DNA of 64,000 nucleotides from the human T2T-CHM13v2.0 reference genome, Homo sapiens: the NCBI RefSeq assembly GCF_009914755.1, contig NC_060930.1; one strand, 5' to 3'. The notes beneath the pieces were generated by a model, which had not been told where the DNA came from, did not search any database, and worked only from the letters and a program-made list of their open reading frames with translations. A program made the position numbers and the translations under genes. Every line of letters begins with the position of its first letter. The first letter of the stretch is position 1. Of this stretch, positions 25,801 through 45,478 are shown one piece after another.

Positions 25801-26026
25801 ACAAGCTTGTCCAGCTTGGGGCCTGTGAGCCACACATAGCCTAGGATGCCTTTGAATGTGGCCCAACACAAATTCGTAAACTTTCTTAAAGTATTATGAC
25901 ACTTATATATATATATATAATTTTTTTTTAGCTCATCAGCTATCATTAGTATTTTATGTGTGGCCCAAGACAATTCTCCTTCTTCCACTGTGGCCCAGGG
26001 AAACCAAAAGATTGGATACCCCTGCA
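25801..26026. mobile_element. MER30 (hAT-Charlie)
   Basis: tttgaatgtggcccaacacaaattcgtaaactttcttaaa...tggcccaagacaattct...ggattggatacccctgc-like terminus. Confidence 0.8.
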
Positions 26027-26107
26027 GTCCAAGCTATCTGCGTGTTGACATCATCGGCTCCTGCGTCCAACCATAGCCATGGTAATGACTCCATGATCCA
26101 GTGTCAC

Positions 26108-26509
26108 TGATATGGTTTGGATCTGTGTCCCTACCCAAATCTCATGTTGAATTGTTATCCCCAGTGCTGGAGGTGGGGTTTGGTGGGAGGTAATTGGAGC
26201 ATGAGGGCAGTTTCACATGGTTTGGCACCATCCTCCCTTGGTGCTGTCCTGCGATAGTGAGTTTTCGTGAGATCTGGTTGTTTAAAAGTGTGTGGCCCCT
26301 CCCTCCTCCCCTTGCTCCTGCCACTTAAGATGCCTCACTCTCCCTTTGCCTTCCACCATGATTGAAAGCTCCCTGAGGCCTCACTGGAAGCAGAAGCCGC
26401 TATGCTTCCTGTACAGCCTGTAGAACCATGAGACAATTAAACATCATTTCTTTATAAATTACCCAGTCTTGGGCATTTGTTTATAGCAATGCAAGAACAA
26501 ACTGATAAA
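26108..26509 (+). mobile_element. MSTA/MSTB solo LTR (ERVL-MaLR)
   Basis: tgatatggtttggatctgtgtccc...ctttataaattacccagtc; 5-bp TSD gtcac/atcac. Confidence 0.85.
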
Positions 26510-27759
26510 ATCACTCAAAGCAGGTGACTTGTCTTCTGACATAATCATCAGAAGATGAATAGTAGCCTGACACGCCATCACAATGCCTACGTCATTCACC
26601 TCAGCTCATTAAATCCCACAGGCATTTTATCATCTCACATCACCACAAGAAGAAGAAGGGCAAGTATACTACAATGAGATATTTTAAGAGAGGGAGAAGG
26701 ACTACATTTACATAACTTTTACAACAGTATATTGTTATAATTGTTCTATTTTATTATTAATTGTTATCACTGATCTCTTACTGTACTTAATTTATAAATT
26801 AAACATAATAGGTACATATGTATAGGAAAAAAAATACTGTATAGAAGCCTCAATACGAATCTGTGGTTTCAGGAATCCATTGGGGGTCTTTGAACGTATC
26901 CTTCGTGGATACGGGGGGACTACTGTACTGTATAAGCTTTATAGAATGTTGAGGTCCTGGGTCACCTCCTCTGTTGAGATTCTAGCAAAGCCCCTTACAT
27001 AAAAGAGTTCATAAAAAGTTTTATTTCATATAAACAAAGGTAAAAGAGCAGTAGAATCATTCTAACCATAGGTTAAATAGGGAAAAAAGGATTTTTCCCC
27101 TGAGTCTACTGTGTTATCAGCCCTTGAGTTCAGCCTTCGCTGTTGCAATTGGAGTGTAATCCATGGGGACAAACTCAGTACAGAGGAGGTGGCTCAGAAT
27201 GCAAGGACAAGGGCACAAGGTGGAAGAAGAGACCAGAATACTTTTAGCAATGACAAGGAAGGAGACATCAACTCAAAAGAAATATGCAGGACAAAGGAGA
27301 TGACGGGAGAAATTTTGAGGTAGAGGGGAGAAAAGTTGAAGGAGTAGAAGTTAACACAGTTATCAGCCTCCTTGTCTGGCACATCATGAGATCATGGGCT
27401 AAGGAGAAAGGCAGGTTTGGGCTGGAATCTCAAGGGGAACTGAAAAGATTTAGAAAAGCCCAGCTACTGTCCTCTTCTTTCCAATTCCACTATTTTCTGA
27501 CCTAATCCTGTACAAGAAAATGTTATCAACAAATACGTAGTCAGTGATCTTCATGTGTCTGGCCTGAGAAAATAGCAATTAACCAAACAGACCTAATCCC
27601 CATTTTCCTGGAATGTATAGGTCCAATTGGAAAATATGGACAATAAGTATCAAAGAGTTGTGAGGAAGAAGTGTTCACTGGGGGCTAGCCCTTTTGGGGA
27701 GACATCATATAGCAGACAGATGCTATGACAGGGCTAGTTAAGGGAAGAGTTCAGGCTTC

Positions 27760-28630
27760 AAGTTGAGGCTCGTTACTTTCCCCTCCAGACTAGCTAGTTA
27801 TTTCTTAGTGGATTTCCCTGCCTCCTATCTCTTTCCAGTCCTATATACCACCACCAAACTAACCATTGCTATCATGATTATGCTCAAAAATGGTCAATAG
27901 TCCCCCAGTGCCTACTACTTAGGCTTCAAACATTTTAGGCTGAGATTGAAGGCCTCTACCAGCCAGGGCCTAACCTTCCTTCCATACCTGGCTTCCACAG
28001 CCCTCCAATCCAGCTAAACTCACAGACTGTCCTTCATACATGCCATCCTTTATTACCTCTCCACTTTTGTCCCTGCCCATCATCTTGAGGGTTTTTCCTC
28101 CACAATCCACTCTTAATGTCTCATTTCCGCATGAAGACTCAACTTTCATGTCCATCAGAAAGTGTTCTCTAATCCCCAGTCTAGAAGCAACCTTCCTTTC
28201 TTCTGAACATCCATGGAAATTTGTTCATACTTCTTTTAGAATGTTTTTTACGACATTCCTAGAACTGTGGTTATTTTTATACTCTTCACATCTTCCTACT
28301 ATATTATCAACCTAAAGACAGGATTTGTGGCTCATCCACTCTTAGACTCCATAATACTTTATACTCCAATAAAAAACAGATGTAGCTAAGGAAATACTGT
28401 GCTAATGTTTGTTGAAGTTAGTGCTAAAAAAAAGTCATATGAATGGATGCTTGGAACTTCCCTGTGATCCTGCACACATTGATTCTTATGGATATATATT
28501 TTTTCTGCATTTCTGGAACACAAATGTTCTAAATGCATACATACTTCATCCATCCATCCATTCATTCATTATTTAATACAAACATATTGAATGCCCGCCA
28601 TATGCAAGGTATCCACAGGATAGGGAGGGT
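27760..28630. mobile_element. L2 fragments
   Basis: ccagtcctatataccaccacc...tcatgattatgctcaaaa...; cattcattcattatttaatacaaacatattgaatgcc. Confidence 0.55.
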
Positions 28631-29599
28631 GCTGGCTCTGGCTTTATGCAATGTACGCACTCATTGATCAATGTTTATGTCATTTTGTTTCCCTTCTTTC
28701 CAGACAAAGGGAAGCAAAGACTCACTGCACCTCATTACTGTCAGCAGAGAGCAATGTGTAATTGGAATGACCTTTGTATAAGTGCTGACCTATGGGGTCA
28801 GAATAAGCCTTATAATGTACAGAACCAACTTATGTGCAATTTTAACATCGACAGAGAATATTGGCCTTTAAGAAATTCATCTCATATTTATTGTTTGGAG
28901 ATTTTACTTTCAGAAGATATCAGTTACATTTCCCCTCTTTTTTTCTCTTTTCTGCAATTATTTTCCTGGCATTCATTCAATAAAGAGCTTCAAGTCACTT
29001 TTTTAGACTGAAATAAACTTTGATGAAAATTGAAAATCAATGCTTTCCTTCTAATGACGTTAAGAGAAAAGCCTCCAATTTTGCAATTATAATCAATATA
29101 TAAAGGGGAAGTGGCCACAAATATGCTGCACATCTTAAGAAGCCAAGTGGGTTTGGTTACTTTAATTTTTAAATAATCAGGACATTTAAAAAGTTGCTGT
29201 TTATAAAATACTTTTTAAAAATGTCATCACACGCACTATGAGTGCACTCAGTCTTGATGTCTCGCTAAAGCATTAGCTGTCTAGCTCCTTCTCCTCCCAG
29301 AGCCTTTATCCTCATATTGGGTCTGGGGACACACATGCCGTCTCTTGATTCCTAAGGATCCATTACCCATTTCTCTGCACAGATCTTCGGGTATCCAACC
29401 TATCTGTGCCTCCTTCAGCCAGGAGCCTCCGGATCTTTCCAGACTTCTTTGCAATACTGCCTCATGCACTGAATCCATTTCTCGCATAGCCTGGCGCTTG
29501 GCAGGCAGGCTGGCGTTCCCTGGCTCTGCCTTCCCCATCTCCCTGTCTTTTCTCCCACGGCCCATCTGCCCCTCCTTTCCTCCACCCCCTTCTCCTCTC

Positions 29600-30500
29600 T
29601 GCTCCCCTTTATTTCCACTCCCCACCCGCGTGGCTTTGCTCTCCCTCTCCCCCCTCAGCTCGTCTGTATTTGGAGCTCCGGAAGCTGCCGGCGACTCTCC
29701 CCTGGAGCAGCGTGACTGACACCGGCTCCTATTCAGCTGGGAGGAGGGAGAGGGGAGGAGAAGGGGAGGGCCGCGGGAGGAGGGTACGAGTGGCCGACCA
29801 CGGATTTGCATTGCCGAGGACGGGACCCCAGGGCAGCGAAGCAGGTAATCCTGCAGCGGTCGGGGCCCGGCGAGGCGGGGAGGGGTCGGGGTGCAGGTGC
29901 GGGGGGCGCCTGGCGGCGGGCGCTGGCAAGTTGAGCCCGATGGGTGGGGTAGGGAAGCGGCCGGGACGCTGCGGCTGTGGCAGCAGCGCGAGGGGAATAA
30001 AGGCGGCGCGGGCGCGGGGGCCGGGGCGCGGCGACCCGGGCGCGGGGCGCGGGCGCGGGCGGACTCCCATCTGGGTCAGCGGAGCGGCGCGCCCTGCCCC
30101 CGCCTCCCCAGCTCCGGCGTCCTGGCCGCTCGGAAGGCGGGGTGCGGGCAGGAGCTGCCCGGGGTTGGCGGGCGGCCGCGGCCTCCCCACCCCAGCGCCG
30201 CCGCCCGCCCGGCCGCTCTAACTTTGGGGGGTCTCGTCCACCGGGCTGTGAGTCTTCCAGGGGGGTGGGGGTGGGAGTCATTGCGCCGGCTCTGACCAGA
30301 GCCACCTCGATCAGAAAGTGCTGGAAAGAAACAGACCTGGCTTCCCCTCTGCAGAACCTGACTTGAGGCGATGAGTCACTTCTAAAAAATGCAGAGGCAA
30401 CTGAGACTGGGGGAACGGCTCGGAAAAACGGCACCCGCCGCTGGCTCTCTGACTGCTTTGGGTAGAGGGGTGTTCGTGGAAGTAGCCGCCGTATCATCAC
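29600..30500. promoter_or_regulatory. CpG island / CAP2 promoter
   Basis: Very GC-rich, dense CpGs, GC boxes (GGGCGG), upstream polypyrimidine stretch, octamer ATTTGCAT 29804-29811, AP-1 site TGAGTCA 30372-30378. Confidence 0.92.
29690..29844 (+). other. CAP2: CAP2 non-coding exon 1 (5' UTR); start coordinate approximate
   Basis: Lies in the only CpG island upstream of the first coding exon, contains no ATG, and ends at a good donor GCAG|GTAATC (GT 29845-29846). The TSS cannot be fixed from sequence alone. Confidence 0.8.
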
Positions 30501-31296
30501 TTTTAGGGCCAAAAATCAACCTGCAGATGGCCTTTTCTTTATTCTCATCAGAGTGGTGTTCGCTGCAAGTTGTAGCAATATTTGAATGGATGCATTCTTA
30601 AAAATGAGTATGTATGGGTGACTGCATTTAGGAAGTTGAACCGGGACTAGGTCCAAACAGCCAGAGTGGAGATGAACACTTGGTAAAAACATCTAGGACC
30701 TTTGGTTTTATAGTTATGGAAATGCAGAAGCTTCTGGGACTTGAGCACTGTAGTTTACTGAGTACTCCTATTTCCTTACTGCTTCTGTAGATTTCATTGA
30801 AGCTATGTTCCTTAGAATTCTTGGTAAACTATCTAAGCCCACTTAGTGTAAAATTACAACGGTAGAGTGAACTTTAGAGAATTGGATTTATAGTTACTAG
30901 AGTCTAATTAGACTGCAAGCCTCTTGAAAGCAAGGATGGGTTGTTTGGTAGTTCCTACGGCACCAAACAGTATTTGGCTCACAGCATGTAATGGATAGAC
31001 AATAAAAGTGTGTGAAATAGTTAATTCAGTACCTTAAGTGTAGATGGAGCATGACTTCTTGAATATACTGCATATTTTGCAAGGAAAGGCGACTTCTCCA
31101 TGAATCCCGAAATTTAAAAAATTCTTAATAACATTACAATCAAAGTGTCATATAAATACTTCTTAAGGATAAAGAGAAAAAGAAGTTGACTATGAGAAAT
31201 CAGGAAGGTGATTATCAAGGTGGTCTTTGCTAGTAGGAAGTAAGTTTTTGTTCCCCATCGTTAATGTGAGAAGTAATTTAATTTGTTGATACAGGG

Positions 31297-31625
31297 TAGG
31301 GTTTGGTAAACCTTTGAGTTAAGAGCTAGATAGTAAACATGTAGGTTTTGCAGGCCATATGGTCTCCTTAGCAACTACTCAGTTCCACAGTTATAGTTTG
31401 AAAGCAGCTAAAGACAATACCTAAAGGAATGGTATGTTTGTGTTTTACTTTATTTACAGACATTGAACCTTGAACTTTTCACCAGTAACAAAATATTCTT
31501 CTGTTTTTTTCCAGGCATTAAAAAATGTAAAAACTATTCTTAGCTTGAGGGAGGAGCAGAAAACACAAAAGTAAGAGAGAAGGGAATGGATTTGTCCTTC
31601 TAGTAGTAGTTTGCTACTCCCACTG
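31297..31625. mobile_element. MER58B-like hAT MITE
   Basis: gggtttggtaaac...gatagtaaacatgtaggttttgcaggccatatggtctc...gcaactactcag...tagtttgctactccc. Confidence 0.7.
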
Positions 31626-31954
31626 ATTGATTCTGTGCTAGAATCTGGAGAGGAGCCTATTGAAAGGATTAATGGGCCACATTCTCTTGAGTGCCTGTTA
31701 TACCTTGGCAGTTAAGTTAAATACCCTCCAGAAAAGCATTAACTTATTTTGAGCATTATGGAGTTTTGTTTTGTTTTGAATATTTCCTAACATCTTTATT
31801 CATGAGGTTTTGTTTTGTTTTTAATTTATTATGTAACATTTTATATGTAAAAATAATACGCTAAGTCTAGGTGAGTTATGAACATTATGTTCAACTGAAC
31901 ACCTGTGAACCCATCACTAGGTTTATAAACTAGGGCTTAAGAACTAGATAGTTG

Positions 31955-32945
31955 TGAAAAGATAGCTCATAGAATGGGAGGAAATATTTAGGAATCATGT
32001 ATCTGATAAGGGTCTTGTATCCACAACATATAAAGAGTTCTTACAACTCAATAATAAAAAGAAAAATAATCCAATTTAAAAATGGGCAAAGGATCTGAAT
32101 AGCTATCTCCAAAGAAGATATACAAATGGCCAATAAACCCATGAAAAGATACTCAACATCATTATTCATCAGAGAAATGCAAATCAAAACCACGATGGGA
32201 TACCACTTTATACTCACTAGCATGGCTATAATCAAAAAGTCAGATAATAACAAATACTGGTGAGGATGTGGAGGAATTGGAACCTTTGTACACCACCGAT
32301 GGGAATATAAGATGGTGCCCTCACTTTGGAAAAGTTTGGCAGTTCTTCAAATTAAACATAAAGTTACCATATGACCTAGCAATTCCATTGTAAATATATG
32401 TCCAAGAGAAATTAAAACATATGCTCACAAAAAAACCTGTACACAGATGTTGACAGCAACACCATTTATAATAACCAAGAGGTGGAAACAAACCAAATGA
32501 CTATCAGTTGATGAGTGGATAAATAAAAGGTGGTATATCCATACAGCGAGATATTATTTGGCCATAAAAAAGAGTGGAGTACTGATACATGCTACAACAT
32601 CGATGAATCTTGAAAACATTATGCTAAGTGAAAGAAGCCAGTCAAAATATCACGTACTGTATGATCTATTCATTTGAAAATGTCCAGACCAAGGAAATGT
32701 ATACAGCTAGAAAGTAGATTTTTTGTTGCTTAGGGCTGAAGGGGCTGGAGGTGGGTTGAGTAGGGAAGTGATAGATAAAGGTCACAGGGTTTCTTTTTGA
32801 GGTGAAACATGAAAATATCCTCTAATCGACTATAGTGATAGTCGCACGTATCTGTGAATATACTAAAAACCATTGAGTTGTACACCTTTAATGGGTGAAT
32901 TGTGTGGTATGTGAATTACATCTCAATAAAATTGTTAAAGAAAAT
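31955..32945 (+). mobile_element. L1MB-like 3' end
   Basis: gaatgggaggaaatatt...aaatgcaaatcaaaaccacgatg...catcgatgaatcttgaaaacattatgctaagtgaaag...ctcaataaa. Confidence 0.85.
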
Positions 32946-33115
32946 AAACAGAAAACTAGGGGAAAAAGTACTAGATTGTTAGTATCCAGTTGCATCTTTG
33001 TGTTTTTCCTCTGTGCCTGCTCTCATGTCCCTCCCAACCCTGAATTTTGTGTTAATCATTCCCTGGTTTATTGTAAAACAGTTTTATCACATGTGTATGT
33101 ATTCCAAAACAATAG

Positions 33116-33818
<703 letters not shown>

Positions 33819-34577
33819 TTACCCACGTTGTTGCATGTAGGTATGTAATATTTCTTGGCAAATATTCCATGATTTATTTCACCATTCTTGTTGACAGGCA
33901 TTTGGGTTGGTTCCCATGTTTTGCTATTACAAAGAATGCTGCTTTGAAGACTTTTTTTCCATGTGTCTTGGCACACATGTGCAAGAGTTCTTCACTGTGA
34001 ATGTGCCATGTATTTTAATGGGAAAAAAAAAAAAGAAAACCTGATTCTCCTTTGACTTACACATTGATGGCATGTAACCACTTACTCATTTCCCCAAACC
34101 AAGATAAAATGATTAGATCTGACATTCTGACTTCTCATCCTATTTACATTCTAGTTGTAAAAGTATTTCCCAACGTTTTAAGAAGTGTGGAAAATCTAAA
34201 ATTTCACAACTCAATTTCACAGCAGAGCCTTTTAACCCGGTCACTCACGGACATCTTCATCTCCTTATATCACCTGGGTTTAGGATGAGAGGGAGGACAA
34301 CTTTATTATTACATCAAAGGAACATTACTTTAATCAAAGTACATGAATAGTTACTAAACCTCATTAAAAGTTGCCTCGTATTGTATATCCTGCGGAGTGG
34401 TCTAGTATTTCCGATGTGATTTAGTTAGGTAAGTCTGATAACAATGAGCCTTGGGCAGATCTAGATCTGTCGTTGAGTTAGGCAGTGAGTTTTGCCATTC
34501 ATTCAGGATATTTCTCCTTGAACTTAGAAGGAGGAAAGCACCTTAAAGTCAGAACAAACCATTATGAGGAATTTTAA

Positions 34578-35459
<882 letters not shown>

Positions 35460-36036
35460 TACATGAGCTTTTATATCCAGGGGAATTCCATCTTGTTTTG
35501 TTTCTGTCTTTAGTAGACACTTTTCCCACTTTAGGAAAATAATGGCTTCTTTCACTGAGAAATTATGTGAAGGGATTGTTTCCCTTTCAGTATACAGCCC
35601 TATACAGAAAGGGACATAGGACATTGTCTGAAACCAGAAGAAGAAATTATGACTATTATGAATGGGGTCTTCATCTGCCCTGTCTAGTTAATTAGGCATC
35701 TAATAATCCTGGCTTCTCATTGAACACTTAGCCACCTGCAGAAGGTGCACTAGCCCCTAATTCTTAAAATTTCACATTTACCTGATACATGGAGGAAGTA
35801 AATAACCTTTGATGTTCCTGTTAGCCCTCAGCTTTTCAGAATGTAAAGGCCATTCTGCAATATAGAAGTCTGATCTAAAATCTCTTTTGTTTTGATGGGA
35901 AGGGGTATTCTGAGAGGCTGAAGGAGGGTTCCAAGAGGCTGAACATAGAAGGGAGGTAACCTAAATGGCAGTTCTGAAGAGGAAGATGGTTCCTGGGGAA
36001 GTTAGATGCTGGAGACACCAAAGACAGACCTGTAGT

Positions 36037-37014
<978 letters not shown>

Positions 37015-37181
37015 CTAAGGCAACAAGAACAGTTAAATTGGACCACACTAAGAAAATGAGATGATCAGATTTTTCAGAACCAGGTAAAATAGGCTTCCAA
37101 GTGTTGCATGTATAGTTCAGTCTGGTTATAGTGTGATATACTGGAGTTGGAGGCATCCATTTGTAATCTTAGCTTCGAAGC

Positions 37182-37527
37182 TGCTGTGGTCTGAATGTTT
37201 ATGTCCTCCCAAAATTCTTATGTTGAAATCCTCACTGCCATTGTGATGGTATTAGGAGTGGAAGGCCTTGGGAGGTGAATAGGTCATGGGGTAGAGCACT
37301 CATGAATGGATTAGTGCCCTTATGAAAGAGAACCAAGGGAGACCCTTTGCTCCTTTCGCCAAGTAAGGACACAGCAAGAAAGTGCCATCTATGAGCCAGA
37401 AAGTGGGCCTTGATCTGCATTGATCTTGGACTTCCCAACCTCCAGAACTGTGAGAAATAAATTTCTATTGTTTATAAGCTATCCAGTCTGTGGTGTTTTG
37501 TTACAGCAGCCTGAAAGAAACTAACAT
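37182..37527 (+). mobile_element. MLT1A-like solo LTR
   Basis: tgctgtggtctgaatgttt..tcccaaaattc...cctccagaactgtgagaaataaatttct...tgttacagcagcc. Confidence 0.85.
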
Positions 37528-38499
37528 AGTAACCTGTGTATTACCCAAACTGTGCAAGTGATAGATCAATATGATATAAGTGTGATCTTTCCATCGAATG
37601 TATACTGTCCTGGTATTGCTACTCACCCCTCTCCAGTGGCAGGAAAACCAAATGTCTGGCCTAATGAGTTAGGTTGATTGATGGACAGTTTCAACTGATT
37701 GGTTACTTGACATGAGGTAGGCTAAATGCAGATAGTCTATCTCTCGGCAGTCATGCTAGAAGCTGTGGCTAGAGATTTTCAGGGTACAATGCAGATCCAC
37801 AATTATTTAGGCAATTTTTTTTAAGTTTACATTTTTATTTCTCCTCCATTTGAATTTCTTCTCTGTTTCTTAGTACTCCTCTCTGTGTTCAAAGTTCTCA
37901 CTGTAGACAACCCTTCACTCCCCCTCCTTCCATCTTGCTTCAGAACAGCCTCTCTCTTCCTTAGGAATTCACTCCCCTCAATGCCTCTTTCTGAATGGAA
38001 GGTGGACAATTATCAATTGAAAGTCTTCAGTAATTGAAAATTTTAAAAAGAGACTTGTTAATAGTGTGAGTCTCTATATAATATATAATTGGGGATGGAA
38101 CTCATTTTTATGCTTCTTATTTTGGTTCAGCAATCTTTAAACTGTGTGCATTTACTATATGCAAAGGTTTGCCAAAGGTACATGTGCACAGGTGCTTTGA
38201 GAATATAAAGGTCCAAATCCTCCTCTTCCATATGTGCTTTTTTCCTAAGACTAATCTTGATGAGAATGGACCTGTAATGGAGACGCAAGTTCTCTTTCCC
38301 ATCTGCTTTTCCATAATCACCTTCCTCTTGCTTTCCTTGTGAAAAGCGTATGTCTACCCCATTTTCCTAATCCATTTTACTAAATGGTTTATGTCTAACC
38401 CATTTTAGTAAATTGCTTTGCCCAAGGATGTAAAACTCTAGGGGATGGGGAGGACAAAAAAGGGGGAAATTTCTGAGTATAAATTTCGTTTCAGGGGTG

Positions 38500-40095
<1,596 letters not shown>

Positions 40096-40286
40096 AAAAA
40101 ATTGAAGACTCCTGTTGTAGCTCACCCTGCTGCTATTTTCTGACCAAAAACCAAGGGTCAGTAATTGTGGCAAAACCTTTCTAGCTCAGTATTGGTAAAT
40201 GAACCAATTCATTAATTGACATAGTTCTAGTGACTCCTTGTTTTACTGGATGTCCCTAAGGAAGCCATTCAAGAATTAAAGGTCTT

Positions 40287-40902
<616 letters not shown>

Positions 40903-41061
40903 TTATGACACGTCTCAAAAGAGGATAACAGCCATTACATTTTATTTATTTCTTTGTAGGCAGTTATATCTTTACTTTATTCATCGTTATTGTTCTCCTC
41001 TTTGGAGGCACTCACCAGAAGGTATTGTATGAGTGTATATGTATAACAGACAGACAGCACT

Positions 41062-41728
<667 letters not shown>

Positions 41729-41789
41729 TTTGGATCTGTAAATGTGTAGCTTTCACCAAGTTTGGAAGTTTTTGGTCATGATTTCTTCT

Positions 41790-42789
<1,000 letters not shown>

Positions 42790-43429
42790 AGGTTTCTTTA
42801 GAAAAAAAGTTTCAGGTGCCTGTGCTGCTGCTTACTGTTCTGCCACACAGTTCTGTGACTACGGCCACGCTTGGGAGAGAAAAATGCAAACAAAACCCAA
42901 AACCTGGGCTTGCCTCACACTCTTCTATTAGCCAGGGCCCCCTTTCCAGTTCCTCTGGCCAAAAAGAGGAGCTTCTGTTGGAGTGTTTGCTACCTGCACC
43001 CCCACCCAATTCTGATTTAAGGTCGACCCTGAAGAAAAAAATGAGAAAAAAACCAGCATTTTACTCCCAAATGGGTTCCCTTTTCAATTTTGATTCTTCT
43101 CAATTCATGTACTATTGTTTTGTCTTTTGGAATCAGATAGTTGCCTTTTGTATTTTGAACACAGTTTGGAGAGAGGCTGAAGTGGGCTTCTTCCTTCTTG
43201 AGTGTCCCTGGTAGCCCCTTCCTCTTTTTGAAGCTTTCTCTTGTTTCCTTTTTCTCCTCTGTTTCTTCCACACCATTCTTTTCTTTCCACTTTACCCACT
43301 TTCTCTGTTTCCCCTTTTACTTTGGGCTCCCAGGTTCAAAGAGCAAAAAAAGGAAGAACCTGTAGTTTTTTAGTGGTCAACAGCATGAGTTGAAACCCCT
43401 GATTGATTGTGTTGAAGTAATAAATTGAA

Positions 43430-44003
<574 letters not shown>

Positions 44004-44193
44004 TCACACTTGGATTTGTTGGTAATTTCTATTCATAAAACTGGCCCAACACTTAAGAACTGATCTTTAGGGCTTTTCTTTTTTCATTTTCTTTTAAGAG
44101 AGTTGCTGAATCTTTTATTTAATTGCATATAATTACAATGAATGCTGGTAAATTTTGAGATTACAAGGAATTTCAACAAACCTTATTACTCGT

Positions 44194-44648
44194 TATCTAA
44201 GTCCATTAGTATTGCTATAAAGGATACCTGAGACTCATTTACAAAGATTAGAGGTTTGTTTGGCTGACAGTTCTGCAGGCTGTACAAGAAACATCTGTTT
44301 CTGGTAAAGGCCTCAGGCTGCTTCCATTTGTGGCAAGAGTTGAAGGGAAGCTGGAATGTGCAGATTACACGGCGAGAGAAGAAGCAGGAGGAGAGGAGAG
44401 GTGCCAGGCTCATTTTTTCCTTGCCACTCTACAGCTCACAAATGGATGCCAGCCTCTTTTTAACAACCAGCTCTCCTGGGAACGAATAGAGCAAGAATTC
44501 ACTCTTGTGAGAATGGCACCAAGCCATTCATGAGGGATCTGCCCTCATGACCCAAACACCTTCCACCTCCCACCTCCCATTAGGCTCTACCTGGGGATCA
44601 GATTTCAACATAAGTTTTGCAGGGGGTCAAACAAACCAGACCATAGCA
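44194..44648 (-). mobile_element. MSTB-like solo LTR
   Basis: ttgctataaagga.acctgagac...ttggctgacagttctgcaggctgtacaag...gccattcatgagggatctgccc...ccatagca; TSD ctcgt/ctcat. Confidence 0.82.
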
Positions 44649-44758
44649 CTCATCATTCCAGAGAGACAAGGCATTCTTCACATTGAAATGACAGAATTTG
44701 ATAAAGTAAAACATTCCTAGTCATGAGAAGTAACTGACTATATGAAATGATAGCCTCC

Positions 44759-45478
44759 TTTTTTTTTTTTTTTTTTTGAGACGGAGTCTCACTCTGTCGC
44801 CACACTGGAGTGCAGTGGCATGATCTCTACTCACTGCAAGCTCTGCCTCCTGGGTTCATGCCATTCTCCTGCCTCAGCCTCCCGAGTAGCTCGAGTAGCT
44901 TGGACTGCAGGCGCCCGCCACCATGCCCAGCTAATTTTTTGTATTTTTAATAGAGACGGGGTTTCACCATGTTAGCCAGGATGGTCTTGATCTCCTGACC
45001 TTGTGATCCGCCAGCCTCGGCCTCCCCAAGTGCTGGGATTACAGGCGTGAGCAACCACGCTCAGCCCTATGATGATAGCCTCTTATGCTTTCAGTCCATG
45101 GTGCTTTTGATATCCCCCTGCTTGCAGTCTGCGGTGATTTTGCAGTGTGCTTGTTCTGTGGCCTGGTTTGAGAAGTGTGGTGTGTGAGGCTGGGCGTGGT
45201 GGCTCACGCCTGTAATCCCAGCACTTTAGGAGGCTGAGGCAGGCGAGTCACCTGAGGTCAGGCATTCGAGACCAGCCTGGCCAACATGGTGAAACCCCAT
45301 CTCTACTAAAAATACAAAAATTCACCAGGTGTGGTGGCAGGCACCTATAATCCCAGCTACTCGGGAGGCTGGGGCAGAAGAATCACCTGCGCCCAGGAAG
45401 CGGATGTTGCGGTGAGCCGAGATCACGCCACTGCACTCCAGCCTGGGTGACAGAGTGAGACTCTGTCTCAAAAAAAAA
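44759..45478. mobile_element. Head-to-head inverted Alu pair (44759-45067 minus AluY; 45188-45478 plus AluS)
   Basis: TSDs atgatagcctc and gaagtgtggtgtgtga. Confidence 0.88.

Larger units (their letters stand above)
25600..26927 (-). mobile_element. Tigger3 (Golem)-family element carrying nested MER30 and MST LTR
   Basis: Terminus gtggtttcagg.atcca.tgggggtc..gaacgtatcc...ggggggactactgTA at 26862-26927 with internal Tigger3 text on both sides of the inserts. Confidence 0.75.

Noticed and set aside
29720-29844. Non-AUG N-terminal extension of CAP2 (frame open from 29720; ACG at 29786, ATT at 29804 and 29810)
   Set aside because: Near-cognate codons are in mediocre context, the real ATG has a strong Kozak, and nothing supports it without ribosome profiling
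29281-30601. Long ORFs on both strands (up to 259 aa) over the promoter
   Set aside because: Low-complexity Arg/Gly/Pro/Ala frames expected from stop-codon depletion in a CpG island; no recognisable homology; mostly non-ATG starts
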